Origin: Felis catus
Lineage: Eukaryota
Assembly: GCF_018350175.1 (NCBI RefSeq)
Contig: NC_058383.1
Coordinates: forward strand, 18,664,001-18,728,000
Direction of reading: 5' to 3'
Length of the DNA stretch: 64,000 nucleotides
A program made the translations under genes and the position numbers. Positions within the stretch are counted from its first letter, which is position 1, and every line of letters starts with the position of its first letter. Of the stretch, positions 25,429 to 36,805 are shown one piece after another. The notes below the pieces were generated by a model that worked only from the letters and a program-made list of their open reading frames with translations, made no database searches and was not told the DNA's origin.

Positions 25429-25520
25429 TATATACATATATATATGAAAGAAAAGGAGGGAGGGAAGGAAGAAAATAAGTCAAAATATATTAAAAAATAA
25501 ATTCAAATAAATAATTAAAT
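23945..25520 (+). mobile_element. 5'-truncated carnivore L1 (ORF2 3' part, 3' UTR, microsatellite-bearing tail)
   Basis: ORF2 fragments 24093-24473 and 24470-24976 ([13 protein letters not shown]); (TA)n(CA)n at about 25350-25445. Confidence 0.92.
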
Positions 25521-25539
25521 GAAAACATACTGATGATAC

Positions 25540-25832
25540 AACTGTATCCTGTTTTTGAGAGATCTACTTAGATTCAAAGACACAAACAGGTTGAAAGTAA
25601 AAGAAGATATGCAATGCAGAACAAAGCTGGAGTGACTGACTCTACTAATGTCAGGCAAAATACACTTTAAGAAAAAAATTGGGAGGCGACTGGGTGCCTC
25701 AGTCGTTTAAGCATCCGACTGTGGCTTAGGTCATGATCTCACAGTTCATGAGTTCGAGCCCCATGTCAGGCTCTGTATTGACAGTTCAGAGCCTGGAGCC
25801 TGCTTCGGATTCTGTGTCTCCGTCTCTTTTTG

Positions 25833-25889
<57 letters not shown>

Positions 25890-27939
25890 AATAAACATTA
25901 AAAATTCAAAAAAAAAAAAAAAAAAGGAAAATTGTTACTACAGACAAGGGTGTTTCCATTAGGAAGACCTAACAGTTAAAAAACATACAAGCACCTAATG
26001 TTAGAGCCCTCAAATACATGAAGCAAAAATTAATAGAACTGAAGAGAGATACGGGCAGCTCAACAGTAATAGTTGAAAACTTCAGTACCCTACTTTCAAC
26101 AACGTATGTGATAACTAGGCAGAAGATTAACATGGAGATAGAGGACTTGAACAACACTATAAACCAACTGAACCTAAGCATTTGTAGAACACTCCATCCA
26201 ACAATAGCAGAATAAACCTTCTTAAGTACTCTTAGATCATTCTGCATGTAAGAACATAGAGTAAGCCATGAAACAAATCTTAATAAATTTAAGAAGATTG
26301 AAATCACACAAAGTATGTTCTCCAACTATAATGGAATTAGATCAGAGATTAAGAACAGAAGGAATTTTGAGAAATTCACAAGTATGTAGAAATTAAACAA
26401 TACACTCCTAAAACTATCAATGGGTCAAATTTAAAATCACAAAGAAAATTAGAAAGTACTTTGAAGTGAATGAAAACAAAAATACAACATGCCAAAACTT
26501 AGGGAAATCATCTTACTCAGGCTTTAGAGGGAAATTTATAGTGGTAAACATCTATATTTTTAAAAAAGAAGAAAGATCTTGCATCTATAATCTAAACTTC
26601 TACCTTAAAGAACTAGAAAAATAGGGGCGCCTGGGTGGCGCAGTCGGTTAAGCGTCTGACTTCAACCAGGTCATGATCTCGCGGTCCGTGAGTTCGAGCC
26701 CCGCGTCAGGCTCTGGGCTGATGGCTCAGAGCCTGGAGCCTGTTTCCGATTCTGTGTCTCGCTCTCTCTCTACCCCTCCCCCGTTCATGCTCTGTCTCTC
26801 TCTGTCCCAAAAATAAATAAAAAAAAAAAAAAAAAAAAACGTTGAAAGAACTAGAAAAATAGACCGAAGGCAAGCAGAGGAAGAAAATAAGAAAGACGAG
26901 CGGAAGTAAATGAAACCAAGAATAGAGAAAATGAGTGAAACTGAACGTTGATCCTTTGAAAAATCCACAAAGTTGCCAAACCTTTAGATGGATTGACCAA
27001 GAAAAAAAGAGAGGGCTCAAATTATAAAGCAAGTACAAAAGAAGAGACATCACTACCAGAAGAACAGAAATAAAAAGATTATAAGGGACTAGTATAAACA
27101 GCTGTATACCAACAAATTAGGTAACCTAGATGAAAGGAACAAATTCCTGGAACACAAACTACTGACACTAAGTCAAGAAGAAATACAAAATCTGAATAGA
27201 TCTATAACAAGTAAAGACATTCATTGAATTAGTAATTTTAAAAAACTTAACACAAGGAAAAGCCCAGGCCACATGACTTCATTATGAATTCCACCAAACA
27301 TTTAAAGAATTAACATGAGGGGCACCTGGGTGGCCCAGTTGTTTGGGTGTCTGACTTCGGCTCAGGTCATGATCTCGCAGTTGACAGGTTTGAACCCTAC
27401 ATCGGGCTCTGTGCTGACAGCTCAGAGCCTGGAGCCTGCTTCAGATTCTGTGTCTCCCTCTCTCTCTGCCGCTTCCCTGCTCATGCTCTGTCTCTCTCTG
27501 TCTCAAAAATAAATAAACATTAAAAAAAAATTAACATGAATCCTTCACATGCTCTTCAAGAATTGAAAGAGGGAGGAAGACAACAGAATAGCAAACACCA
27601 GGAATCCGTCTTCCCACTAGACAGCAGTTGTACTGGCAGAGTCTGTCTGATGTGACTAGTTTAGAACTGGAGTCTATTGAAGGCTTGCAAATCCAGGGGG
27701 AAGTGTTGGGTAGTATTTAATTTCAATCCATTTCAGCTCCTACCTTGATAGCAGCTGCCCAACCCCCAATCCTGTTGCAGGCAATGGTGCACATGTTCTT
27801 GGAACAACTCACACGCAGCTTGTGGAAGCCAGGTTGGGCAGTCCTGTCCTTCAAATAAAGGGGTATCTGTGTTCTCGTCACTGATTGCTGCTTCTAATCA
27901 TAGAGGTGCAAACCCAGAGGCAGGCAGCCTTTGATGCGT

Positions 27940-27983
<44 letters not shown>

Positions 27984-29969
27984 ACTGTTGCCAGTCCCTC
28001 TCCCTCTGGCTGAAGTGAGTTCTAGGGGTACCTTTTAAAGCAAAGGTACCCTTTCTTCCCTTTTATTTTTGTCTTCTTCTTTTGGGAGCCAGACATTAAA
28101 GACTAGGATATCCAAAACCAACCATATATACAGGGAAATTAGAGAGTCATCACACATGCCCAGAGAAAGGTGTAGACTCAGAAAAGACCTGAAGAGACCT
28201 TAGGTTTACAATTCAGTCTAATCTTCAGCGCAGAGACAGCCTATGGGATGCAAAAAGCAAAAATAGCAAACTCTAGGAAAGAAGAGTCTGATTTGTAGTT
28301 GACAGCTTGGAGCCTGGAGCCTGCATCGGATTCTGTGCCTCCTCTCTCTCTCTGCCCCTCCACCACTCACGCTCTGTCTCTCTGTCACCCTCTCTCAAAA
28401 ATAAATAAGCATTAAAAAACAAACAAACGTTTAAAAAAAACTAACAAAAGTATGGCCCATTCATAGGGGAAAAGAAACCAATAGAAACTGTCCCTGAGAA
28501 AGACCAGATAGAAGACCTACTAGACAAAGACTTTAAAACAGCTGTCTTAAAGATGCTCAGAGAATCAAAGAGAGACATGGGAAAGTTAAAAAAAAAAAAA
28601 AAGAGGTATGAACAAAATGTAAATGTCAATAAAAAGATAGGTTTAAAATGAAACTAAAAAGAAATTCTGGAGCTGAAAATTACATACCTAAAATGAAAAA
28701 TTCGCTAGAGGGATTCAAGCATAGATTTGAACAGACAGAAACATAATCATCAAACTTGAAGACAGGACACTTGAAATTGTCCAGTCTGAGGGACAGAAAG
28801 AAAAAAGATTGAAGTGAACAGAGTCTCAGGGTTCTGTGCATCAGTCATGATCAAGCAGACCAACATATGTGTTGTCAGAGTCTCATAAGCAGACCAGGGA
28901 AAGAGGCACAGAGATTATTTGAAGAAATAATGGATGAAAACTTGACAAATACCAGACTAAATAGTCTTTAAATTTTAAAAGAACACAAGAGACAAAGAAA
29001 GATATTATATATTAATAAAAGGGCTAATACAGAAAAAATGTAATAAACATAACCATTTACACACCTGATAGGCCATCAAAATATATAAAGTAAAAACGGA
29101 CAGAATTGAAGGGGAAAATAGACAATTCCACAAGAGTTGGATACTTAAATATTCCACTCTCAGGAATGGATAGAACAACCAGACAAAAGATAGGTAAGAA
29201 CACAGAGGACTTGAACAACACAATAATCCACCTACATCTAGCAAATATATACAGAACATTCTACTCCACAAAACAGAGTACACATTCTTCTCAAGTGCAC
29301 ATGGCACATTCTCCAGAATAGACCAACGTTATGCCACAAATTAAATCTCAATAGATTAAAAAATTTTTTTTAATATTTACTTTTTATAGAGAGAGACAGA
29401 GCATGAGTGGGGGAGGGGCAGAGAGAGAGGGAGACACAGAATCTGGAGCAGGCTCCAGGCTCTGAGCTGGCAGCACGGAACCTGATGCAGAGCTCAAACT
29501 CTGAACTGCGAGATCATGACCTGAGCCAAAGTCAGACACCCAACCAACTGAGCCACCCAGACGCCCCTAGAATTTTCAATACCATGTTGATTAGAAGTGG
29601 CATAAGCAGGCATCCTTGCTTTATCCAAGACTGTAGAAGAAAAGCTTTCCATCTTTCACCCTTGACTGTGCTGTTCTCTGTGGGTTTTTCATATATGGCT
29701 TTTATTATATTAAAGTAGTTTCCTTTTATTCCTAGTTTGGGAACTATTTTTATCATGGAAGAGTGTTGAATTTTTTCAGATGCTTTCTGTGCATCAATTG
29801 AGAACAGAGCTCATGCTGTTTCTCTTTCTCTCTCAAAAATAAGTAAACATTAAAAAAAAAAATTCTAGCCAGAGCAATTAGTCAAGAAAAATAAAGGTAT
29901 CTAAACTGAAGAAGTAAAATTATCTCTATTTGCAGATGACATGATCTTATATGTGGAAAACCCTAAAGA

Positions 29970-30008
<39 letters not shown>

Positions 30009-30545
30009 TTTAAGCTAGTAAACACAGATAATAAACCAATTCAGCAAAGTTGGAGGATACAAACTCAACACACAAAAATCAGTTGTGTCTCAGGGCGCCT
30101 GAGTGGCTCAGTCTGTTAAGCGTCTGACTTTCGCTCAGGTCATGATCTCACAGCGTGTGAGTTCAAGCCCCACATCAGGCTCTGTCCTGAAAGCTTAGAG
30201 CCTGGAGCCTGCTTTGGATTCTGTGTCTCCCTCTCTCTCTGCCCCACCCCCGCTCACACTCTACCTCTCTCTCCTTCAAAAATAAATAAACATTTAAAAA
30301 TTTTAATTAAAAAAAATCAGTTGTGTCTCTAGACGCTAACAATGAACAATTCAGAAAAGAAATTAAGAAAACAATTTCCTCGGGGTGCCTGGGTGGCTCA
30401 GTCTGGTGGAGCATCCAACTCTTGGTTTTCGCTCAGGCCATGATCTCACGGTTCGTGAGAATGAGCCCCGCATTGGGTTCTGCACTGACAGTACAGAGGC
30501 TGCTTGGGATTCTCTCTCTCCCTTTCTCTCTGCCCCCCACCCCTG

Positions 30546-30577
<32 letters not shown>

Positions 30578-31845
30578 ATAAATAAATAAACACTTTTTTA
30601 AAAAAGAAAGAAAAAACTCATTTAAACATAGTAAAAAATAAAACAAAACCAGAAAATAATGTGTTGGAAAGGATGTGGAGAAATTGGAACACTCAGGCAT
30701 TGTTAGTGGGAATGTACCATGGTTCCACCACTGTGGACAACAGTATGGCAGTTCCTTAGAAAATTAGACATAGTTACTGTATGATCTAGCAATTCCGTTT
30801 CTAGGTATATGCCCCCAGAAATGCCGGCTCTCAACGAGATCTTTGTACATCCATGTTCATAGCAGCATTATTCACATTAGGCAAAATGTAAACAACCCAG
30901 GTGCCTAGAGGGGCATGAGTAGATAAGCAATGTATATTGTATATTCAATGAAATATTATCCAGCCAGAAGAAGGAAGCAAATTCTGACAGATGCTACAAC
31001 GTGAGTTGAGCCTTGAGGTTATTATAGTAAGTGAAATAAGGCCATCATAAGAAGACATGCACTATATGATTCCACTTATATTAGGTATTAGAATGTTCAA
31101 ATTCATAGAGACAGGTGGTGGCCAGGGGCTGGAGAGAAGGGGAGAATGGGAACTGATTGCTTAATGGGTACAGAGTTTCAGTTTTGCAGCATGAAAAGAG
31201 TTCTAGAGAGGATGGTGGTGATAGTTGCACACCGATTAATTTTTTTAATGTTTGTTTATTTTTGAGACAGAGGGAAACGGAGCGCGAGTGGGGGAAGGGC
31301 AGGGAGAGAGGGAGACACAGAATCTGAAACAGGCTCCAGGCTCTGAGCTGTCAGCACAGAGCCCGATGCGGGGCTCGAACCCACCAACCGTGAGATCATG
31401 ACCTGAGCCAAAGTCGGACGCTTAACCGACTGAGCCACCCAGGTGCCCCAACTGCACACCGATTAAAAACGATTAAGATGGTTTAAAAAGGGAAGTACAC
31501 TTTCTCACTTATGCTGAGACCAGTATTACCCTGATACCAAAACTAGACACAATCACAAGAAAACTACACACCAATATCCTTATTGATATAGATGCAAAAA
31601 TCCTCAAAAAATATCAGCAAACAGAATCCAGCAGCACTTAAAAAGGATTATATTCTACTCCAACATGTAAAAAGCTTGGAATTATCACTTCAATCTCACA
31701 ACAACAACAACAACAAAAAGCTGAACAGGGCACCTGGGTGGTTCAGTCGTTAAGCATCTGACTTTGGCTGTAGTCATGATCTCACAGTTCGTGAGTTCGA
31801 GTCCAGCTTCGGGTAAGACACAAGCCCCATTTTGGGTGAGCCCCA

Positions 31846-31892
<47 letters not shown>

Positions 31893-34800
31893 GATTCTCT
31901 CTCTCTGCCTGTCACTCACTTGGGCTCTCTCTTACTCTAAAAAAAAAAAAAAAAGAAAAAGAAAGTTAACAAAAAACGAAGAACCATTTTTAGATGCATC
32001 AGAGAATGGAAGTCACAAGGCAAAGCAACAGTCTGAAAACTGAAAAGACAGGCAATACAGAGAATCCCAGTTTACCAGGTGCAGAAGGAATTGGAACCAG
32101 GAACCGGTAGGAAAACACACTGCAATCTGTGAGCCTGTAGAGGATGAAGAGGGACTAGTTTGAGAGTTAAAAACTCCCAGGGACTCAGTCTTAGGGGACC
32201 CTCACACTATTGACTTTTACCTCCAGGAGCATCCTCGTGGAGGGGAAAAAAATAGCTAGTTCCAGGGCATTCTGTTCTCTATCTGTCCTCAAGGGAAGCT
32301 ACTTTATCAGAGCCTAACCTGTATGGGGAAGGGGTACATCCACCCCCAGCCCTCTCTAGCCATGCTGTCTCATTTAAGAAGGGGAAAAAGCTGGGAAGCA
32401 TTTGTAAATATCACATTCCAGGGGCACAGATCCACTAAAATACTGTGGTATTTACAAATCACAGGATTATAGATTGCTTTCCCCTCCCCCCCATTCCTTG
32501 CCACCACATCAAGAAGACTCCCATACAGTAACAGAAGATTATAGTTGAAAGAACTGTACGGGCTAGACTCTATCAAAGAAGGAGTTTCAGGGAGCCTGGG
32601 GGGCTCAGTGGGTTAACCGTCTGACTTCAGCTCAGGTCATGATCTCGCAGTTTGTGGGTTTGAGCCCCACGTCAGGCTCTGTGCTCACAACTCAGAGCCT
32701 GGAGCCTGCTTTGGATTCTGTGTCTCCCTCTCTGCTCTTCCCCCGCTCGAGCACTCTCTCTCTCTCTCTGTCTCTCTCTTTCTCCCAAAAATAAATAAAC
32801 ATTATTTAAAATTCTTGAATAAAATTTATTTATTTTTAAAAAATTTTTAATGTTTATTTATTTTTGAGAAAGAGAGAAAGAGTGCAAGTGAGGGAGGAGC
32901 AGAGAGAGAGGGAGTCACAGAATCCGTAGCAGGCTCCAGGGTCTGAGCTGTAAGCAGAGAGCCAGACGCGGGGCTCGAACTCATGAACAGTGAGATCATG
33001 ACCTGAGCTGAAGTCAGAAGCTTAACTGACTGAGCCACCCAGGTGCCCCTAGACCAGGTTTTTAAAATAACTATAATATGCTAGGAGCTCTAATGGGAAA
33101 CGTAGACAACATCCAAGATCAGTAACATAAGCAGAAAGATTAAAACTCTAAGGAAGAATCAAGAGAAAATACTAGAAAGCAAAAATACTAAACAGCAATG
33201 AAGAATGTCTTTGATGGACTCATTGGTAAACGGGACACAACTGAGGAAAGAATCAGTGAGCTTAGCAATATGTTAGTAGAAGCCTCCCAAACAAATGTGA
33301 ACATAAAAAATAATGGAAAAAAAAGAGAAAGAAATAGGCTATCCAAGAACTCTGGGACAATCCCAAAAGGTGTAACATACATATAATGGGAATACCGGAA
33401 GGAGAAGAAAGAAAGGAGCAGAAGAAATATTTGATTAATGGCTGAGAAGTTTCCAAAAGTAATGAAACACCAAACCACAGATCCAGGAAGCTCAGAGAAC
33501 AACCACCAGGATAAGTCTCAAAAATTCTACACCTAGACATATCATATTCAAACTGCAGAAAACTAAAGACAAAGAGAAAATCTTGCAGAAAGCCAGAGGA
33601 AATAAAACACCTTGCATATAGAGGAACGAGAATAAATATTATATCAGACCTTTGTTTTTTTTTCACAAACATGTAAGCAAGAAGAGAAGGAAGTAAAATA
33701 TTTAAAGCACCAAAAGAAATAAGAAAACCTCTACAATTCTATATCCAGTAAAATTATCCTTCAAAAATGAGGGGGAAACAAAGATTTTCCTCAAACAAAA
33801 ACTGAGACAATTTTGTAACCAGTAGACCTGTTTGCAAGAAAGGTTAAAAGAAGTGTTTTAAAGAAAAGGAAATGATATAGGTCAGAAACTCAGATCTACA
33901 TTAAAAAAAAAAAGAGTGTTAGAGAAACAATGCATGAAGGTAAAATAAAACCTTTATATTTCTTATTCTTAATTTATCTAATAAGTAACTTTTTGCTCTA
34001 AATGGTAATAGCAATCAGGTGTTGGATGATGACAGCTACGGAAATTGAATGTTACAAAGGATGGAAGGGAGGAATACTGTAAGATATTTGACTGTCCATG
34101 AAGGAATATATTTAAAAATGAGCCGATGGGGCGCCTGGATGGCTCAGCCAGTTAAGTGTCTGACTTCAGCTCAGGTCATGATCCCACAGTTCATGGGTTC
34201 GAGCCCCTCATCTGGCTCTGTGCTGACAGCTTAGAGCCTGCTTGGGATTCTCTCTTCTGTGCCCCTCCTCCACTTGCGCTCTTTCTCTCTCTCAAAAATA
34301 AATAAACGTTTTTTTAAAAATGAACCTAGATTAGTTGCAACTGTATACGCAAACTCTAGGGAGATCCTAATACCAAAACCAGATAAAGGCAATACGAGAA
34401 AGGAAAACTATAAGTTAATATCTCCATGAACATGAATGCAGATATCCTCATCCAAATATTAGCACATTGAATCCATCAGTGTTTACAAAGAATTTACACA
34501 TAATGACCAAGGAGGATTTATTCCAGAGAGTCAAGCCAGAGTCAACATTCAAAAATTAATTAATGTAATCCATCACATCAACAAGATAAAGAAGAAATCA
34601 CAAGATTCTATCAATAGCTACAGGAAAAGCATTCCACAAAATCCAACACCTACGCATGATTAAAAAAAAAAAATTCTCAGCAGATCAGGGATACAGGAGA
34701 ACAAAATCTATAACTAACATCATACTCAATGGTGATAAAGTAGGTGATTTCTTTTTTTTTTTTTTAACTTTTTTTAAAATTTATTTTTGAGACAGAGAGA

Positions 34801-35480
34801 GACAGAGCATGAACGGGGGAGGGGCAGAGAGAGAGGGAGACACAGAATTGGAAGCAGGCTCCAGGCTCTGAGCCATCAGCCCAGAGCCCGACGCAGGGCT
34901 TGAACTCATGGACCGTGAGATCGTGACCTGAGCTGAAGTCGGACGCTTAACCGACTGAGCCACCCAGGCGCCCCGGTGATTTCCTTTTTAAGACTTGGAA
35001 TAAGGCAAGGATGTCCCTTCTCACCACTAGTATTCAACATTCTTACTGCTAGTGCAGTAAGACAAGACAAGAAAGGTGCGCAGATTGGTAAGGAGGAAAC
35101 AAACTATCTTGGTTGCAGATGACATGATTGTCTACATAGAAAATCCCAGAAAATTAACCGTAAACTCCTGGATAAAACACGGATATCTCCTCTTACCCCT
35201 TCTATTAAAACTCGAGTTTCTAGCCAGGACAAGTAGGTGAGTTTGAGAAGGATTGGTGTTAGTTCTTCTATAAATGTTTGGCAGAATTCACCACCGAGGC
35301 CATCTGGCCCAGGGCTTTTCTTTGCTGGGAGGTTTTTGCTTACTGATTCAATCTCATTGTCTACAGGTCCATTCAGATTTGCTCTTCCTTCATTTTTGGT
35401 AGATTGTATGTTCCTAAGAATTTGTCCATGTCATCTAGCTTATCCCACGTGTTGGCATGCGGTTGTTCATAGCATATTCT
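25540..35480 (+). mobile_element. Large nest of old L1 fragments (EN, RT, ORF1 and 5' pieces) with about 14 CAN-SINE insertions
   Basis: EN-like MKQKLIELKR...IEDLNNTINQL (26018) and KGKIDNST (29106); ORF1-like 33190-33850; LFADDMI-type RT motifs near 29925 and 35110. Confidence 0.8.
27942..27980. repeat. (CA)n microsatellite
   Basis: Perfect CA run; similar runs near 29971-30005 and 52445-52479. Confidence 0.9.
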
Positions 35481-35686
35481 CTTTACTCTGAAGGGTTTGA
35501 AATCGGAATACTGAACTGATTGTAACTGGTGCTGGCTCCTTCTCCCTCTTCTTCACAATTCTGTCTCTTCTCCCTATCTCTTACTCTCTACTTTTCATTT
35601 TTCAGCCTTTCTCGCTCTTCACACCTCTTCAACCTGTCTCTTTTTCCTTCTTTCTCCTGACTCATTATTTCCTCCTTCCCATTCAG

Positions 35687-36012
35687 CTTTGTAGCTTACA
35701 AAGCTACATTCATGAGCCCTTGGGGGCCTCTCTGTGCTGCATATGTGTCCCTTCAGTAGAAGGAACATCATTGGTCTGGTTACTCCAGATACACTGTCAT
35801 GCCCCATATGGCCTACACATTATGGCCTAATTTCTGGAGAAGGAGGAGAACAGTCGTAATGAGGCGTCCCCCCAGGTTCTATTTGCAAGGCAACACTTCC
35901 CTATTGATACTCAGAATGCAGTAAGCTTTTAGGTCTTTCTCTTCATTGCCGTCAACTTCCACATAACCCTATCTCTTCCTGAGTTGTCTGCATCTGAGAT
36001 GAAAGGTGTTCC
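35687..36012 (+). pseudogene. Decayed Ig V-type exon
   Basis: Long polypyrimidine tract plus AG at 35685-35686; PLGAS...SLVWLLQ...ASPQVL/LQGNTSLLILRMQ*...FHI/PYL...KV with stops and frameshifts. Confidence 0.6.
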
Positions 36013-36092
36013 AGACAAATGGATGGGAATGTTTGTAATAATAATCCATCTTCCCTTTTCATATTCCTCTGGCTGTCCCCCCATCTCCCCAC

Positions 36093-36395
36093 CACCCCCA
36101 CCATCTCTCTGCTCCCAATCCAGCTATCTTCAAGGGAGAATACCACTCTTCTCTGACACTTCGAAGATTTCTATGCAGTAGGGGGCCTTCAGGCCTGGTG
36201 GCTGTGGGGTAGGAAGGAACAGCCAAGGGTGATCAGCACTGGATTCCCCACACAGACCTGGAAAGCACCTTTGACCTGGAGCTGCTCTAAGCCTGATTCT
36301 ACAGCCCTAAGATCAAGGGCCTGACTTTTTACCTGTCACGTGGTCCACCCAGCCATAGGACATCCCGGCAGCAGCTACTACGGTTAAAGTTCAGA
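36093..36395 (+). pseudogene. Decayed Ig C1-set exon
   Basis: PTISLLPIQLSSRENTTLL*HFEDFYAVGGLQAWWLWGRKEQPRVISTGFPTQ/LESTFDLELL*A*FYSPKIKGLTF/TCHVVHPAIGHP/RQQLLRLKF; TGA sits where the first Cys belongs. Confidence 0.8.
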
Positions 36396-36563
36396 GAAAG
36401 TGCAAAGCAGTTCAGTGAAATGGCAGAAGAGGTCAAAGAAGATATGAAAAGGCCAACGAAGAGGTCACAGAAGATAAAGAACATGGAAAGGAGGGAGACA
36501 GAAGACGGTCTGGGTGAGATGTTTGCACGATAACTTCTTTACTTACAACTTCTCATTCTCCGG

Positions 36564-36669
36564 TGGTCTGTAAACATGAGCGGTCAAGATTGTAAACTGT
36601 CAAGTATCCTTTCAGCTCTGATGCCAGCTCTAGCTTCCATCATTTCCTTCCTTTGCTTTATTGCCAAAT
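36564..36669 (+). pseudogene. Candidate transmembrane exon
   Basis: ILSALMPALASIISFLCFIA (36606-36665) followed by K and a phase-1 GT at 36670. Confidence 0.45.
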
Positions 36670-36758
36670 GTACAGAAAATACACCACTCATTGAACACTT
36701 AATGCTCACCAGACACCTTCCTTGTAGCAGTGGTTCTCAAATTTTTGTGTGTGTCAGG

Positions 36759-36763
<5 letters not shown>

Positions 36764-36803
<40 letters not shown>
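36764..36803. repeat. (TA)n microsatellite forming the tail of a short minus-strand SINE
   Basis: Perfect TA run directly followed by a SINE body. Confidence 0.85.

Positions 36804-36805
<2 letters not shown>

Larger units (their letters stand above)
18794..36669 (+). pseudogene. Candidate unitary pseudogene of a tapasin/TAPBPR/B7-H6-like V+C1 Ig-superfamily membrane protein (full extent tentative)
   Basis: Co-linear + strand exon remnants: leader?, two N-domain exons?, V, C1, TM; support is strong only for 35687-36669. Confidence 0.5.

Noticed and set aside
36093..36395. Processed pseudogene or MHC class II beta origin for the C1 exon
   Set aside because: Intron-like spacers separate V, C1 and TM, which argues against a retrocopy; the upstream exon is V-like rather than a peptide-binding domain, although VISTG does resemble class II beta
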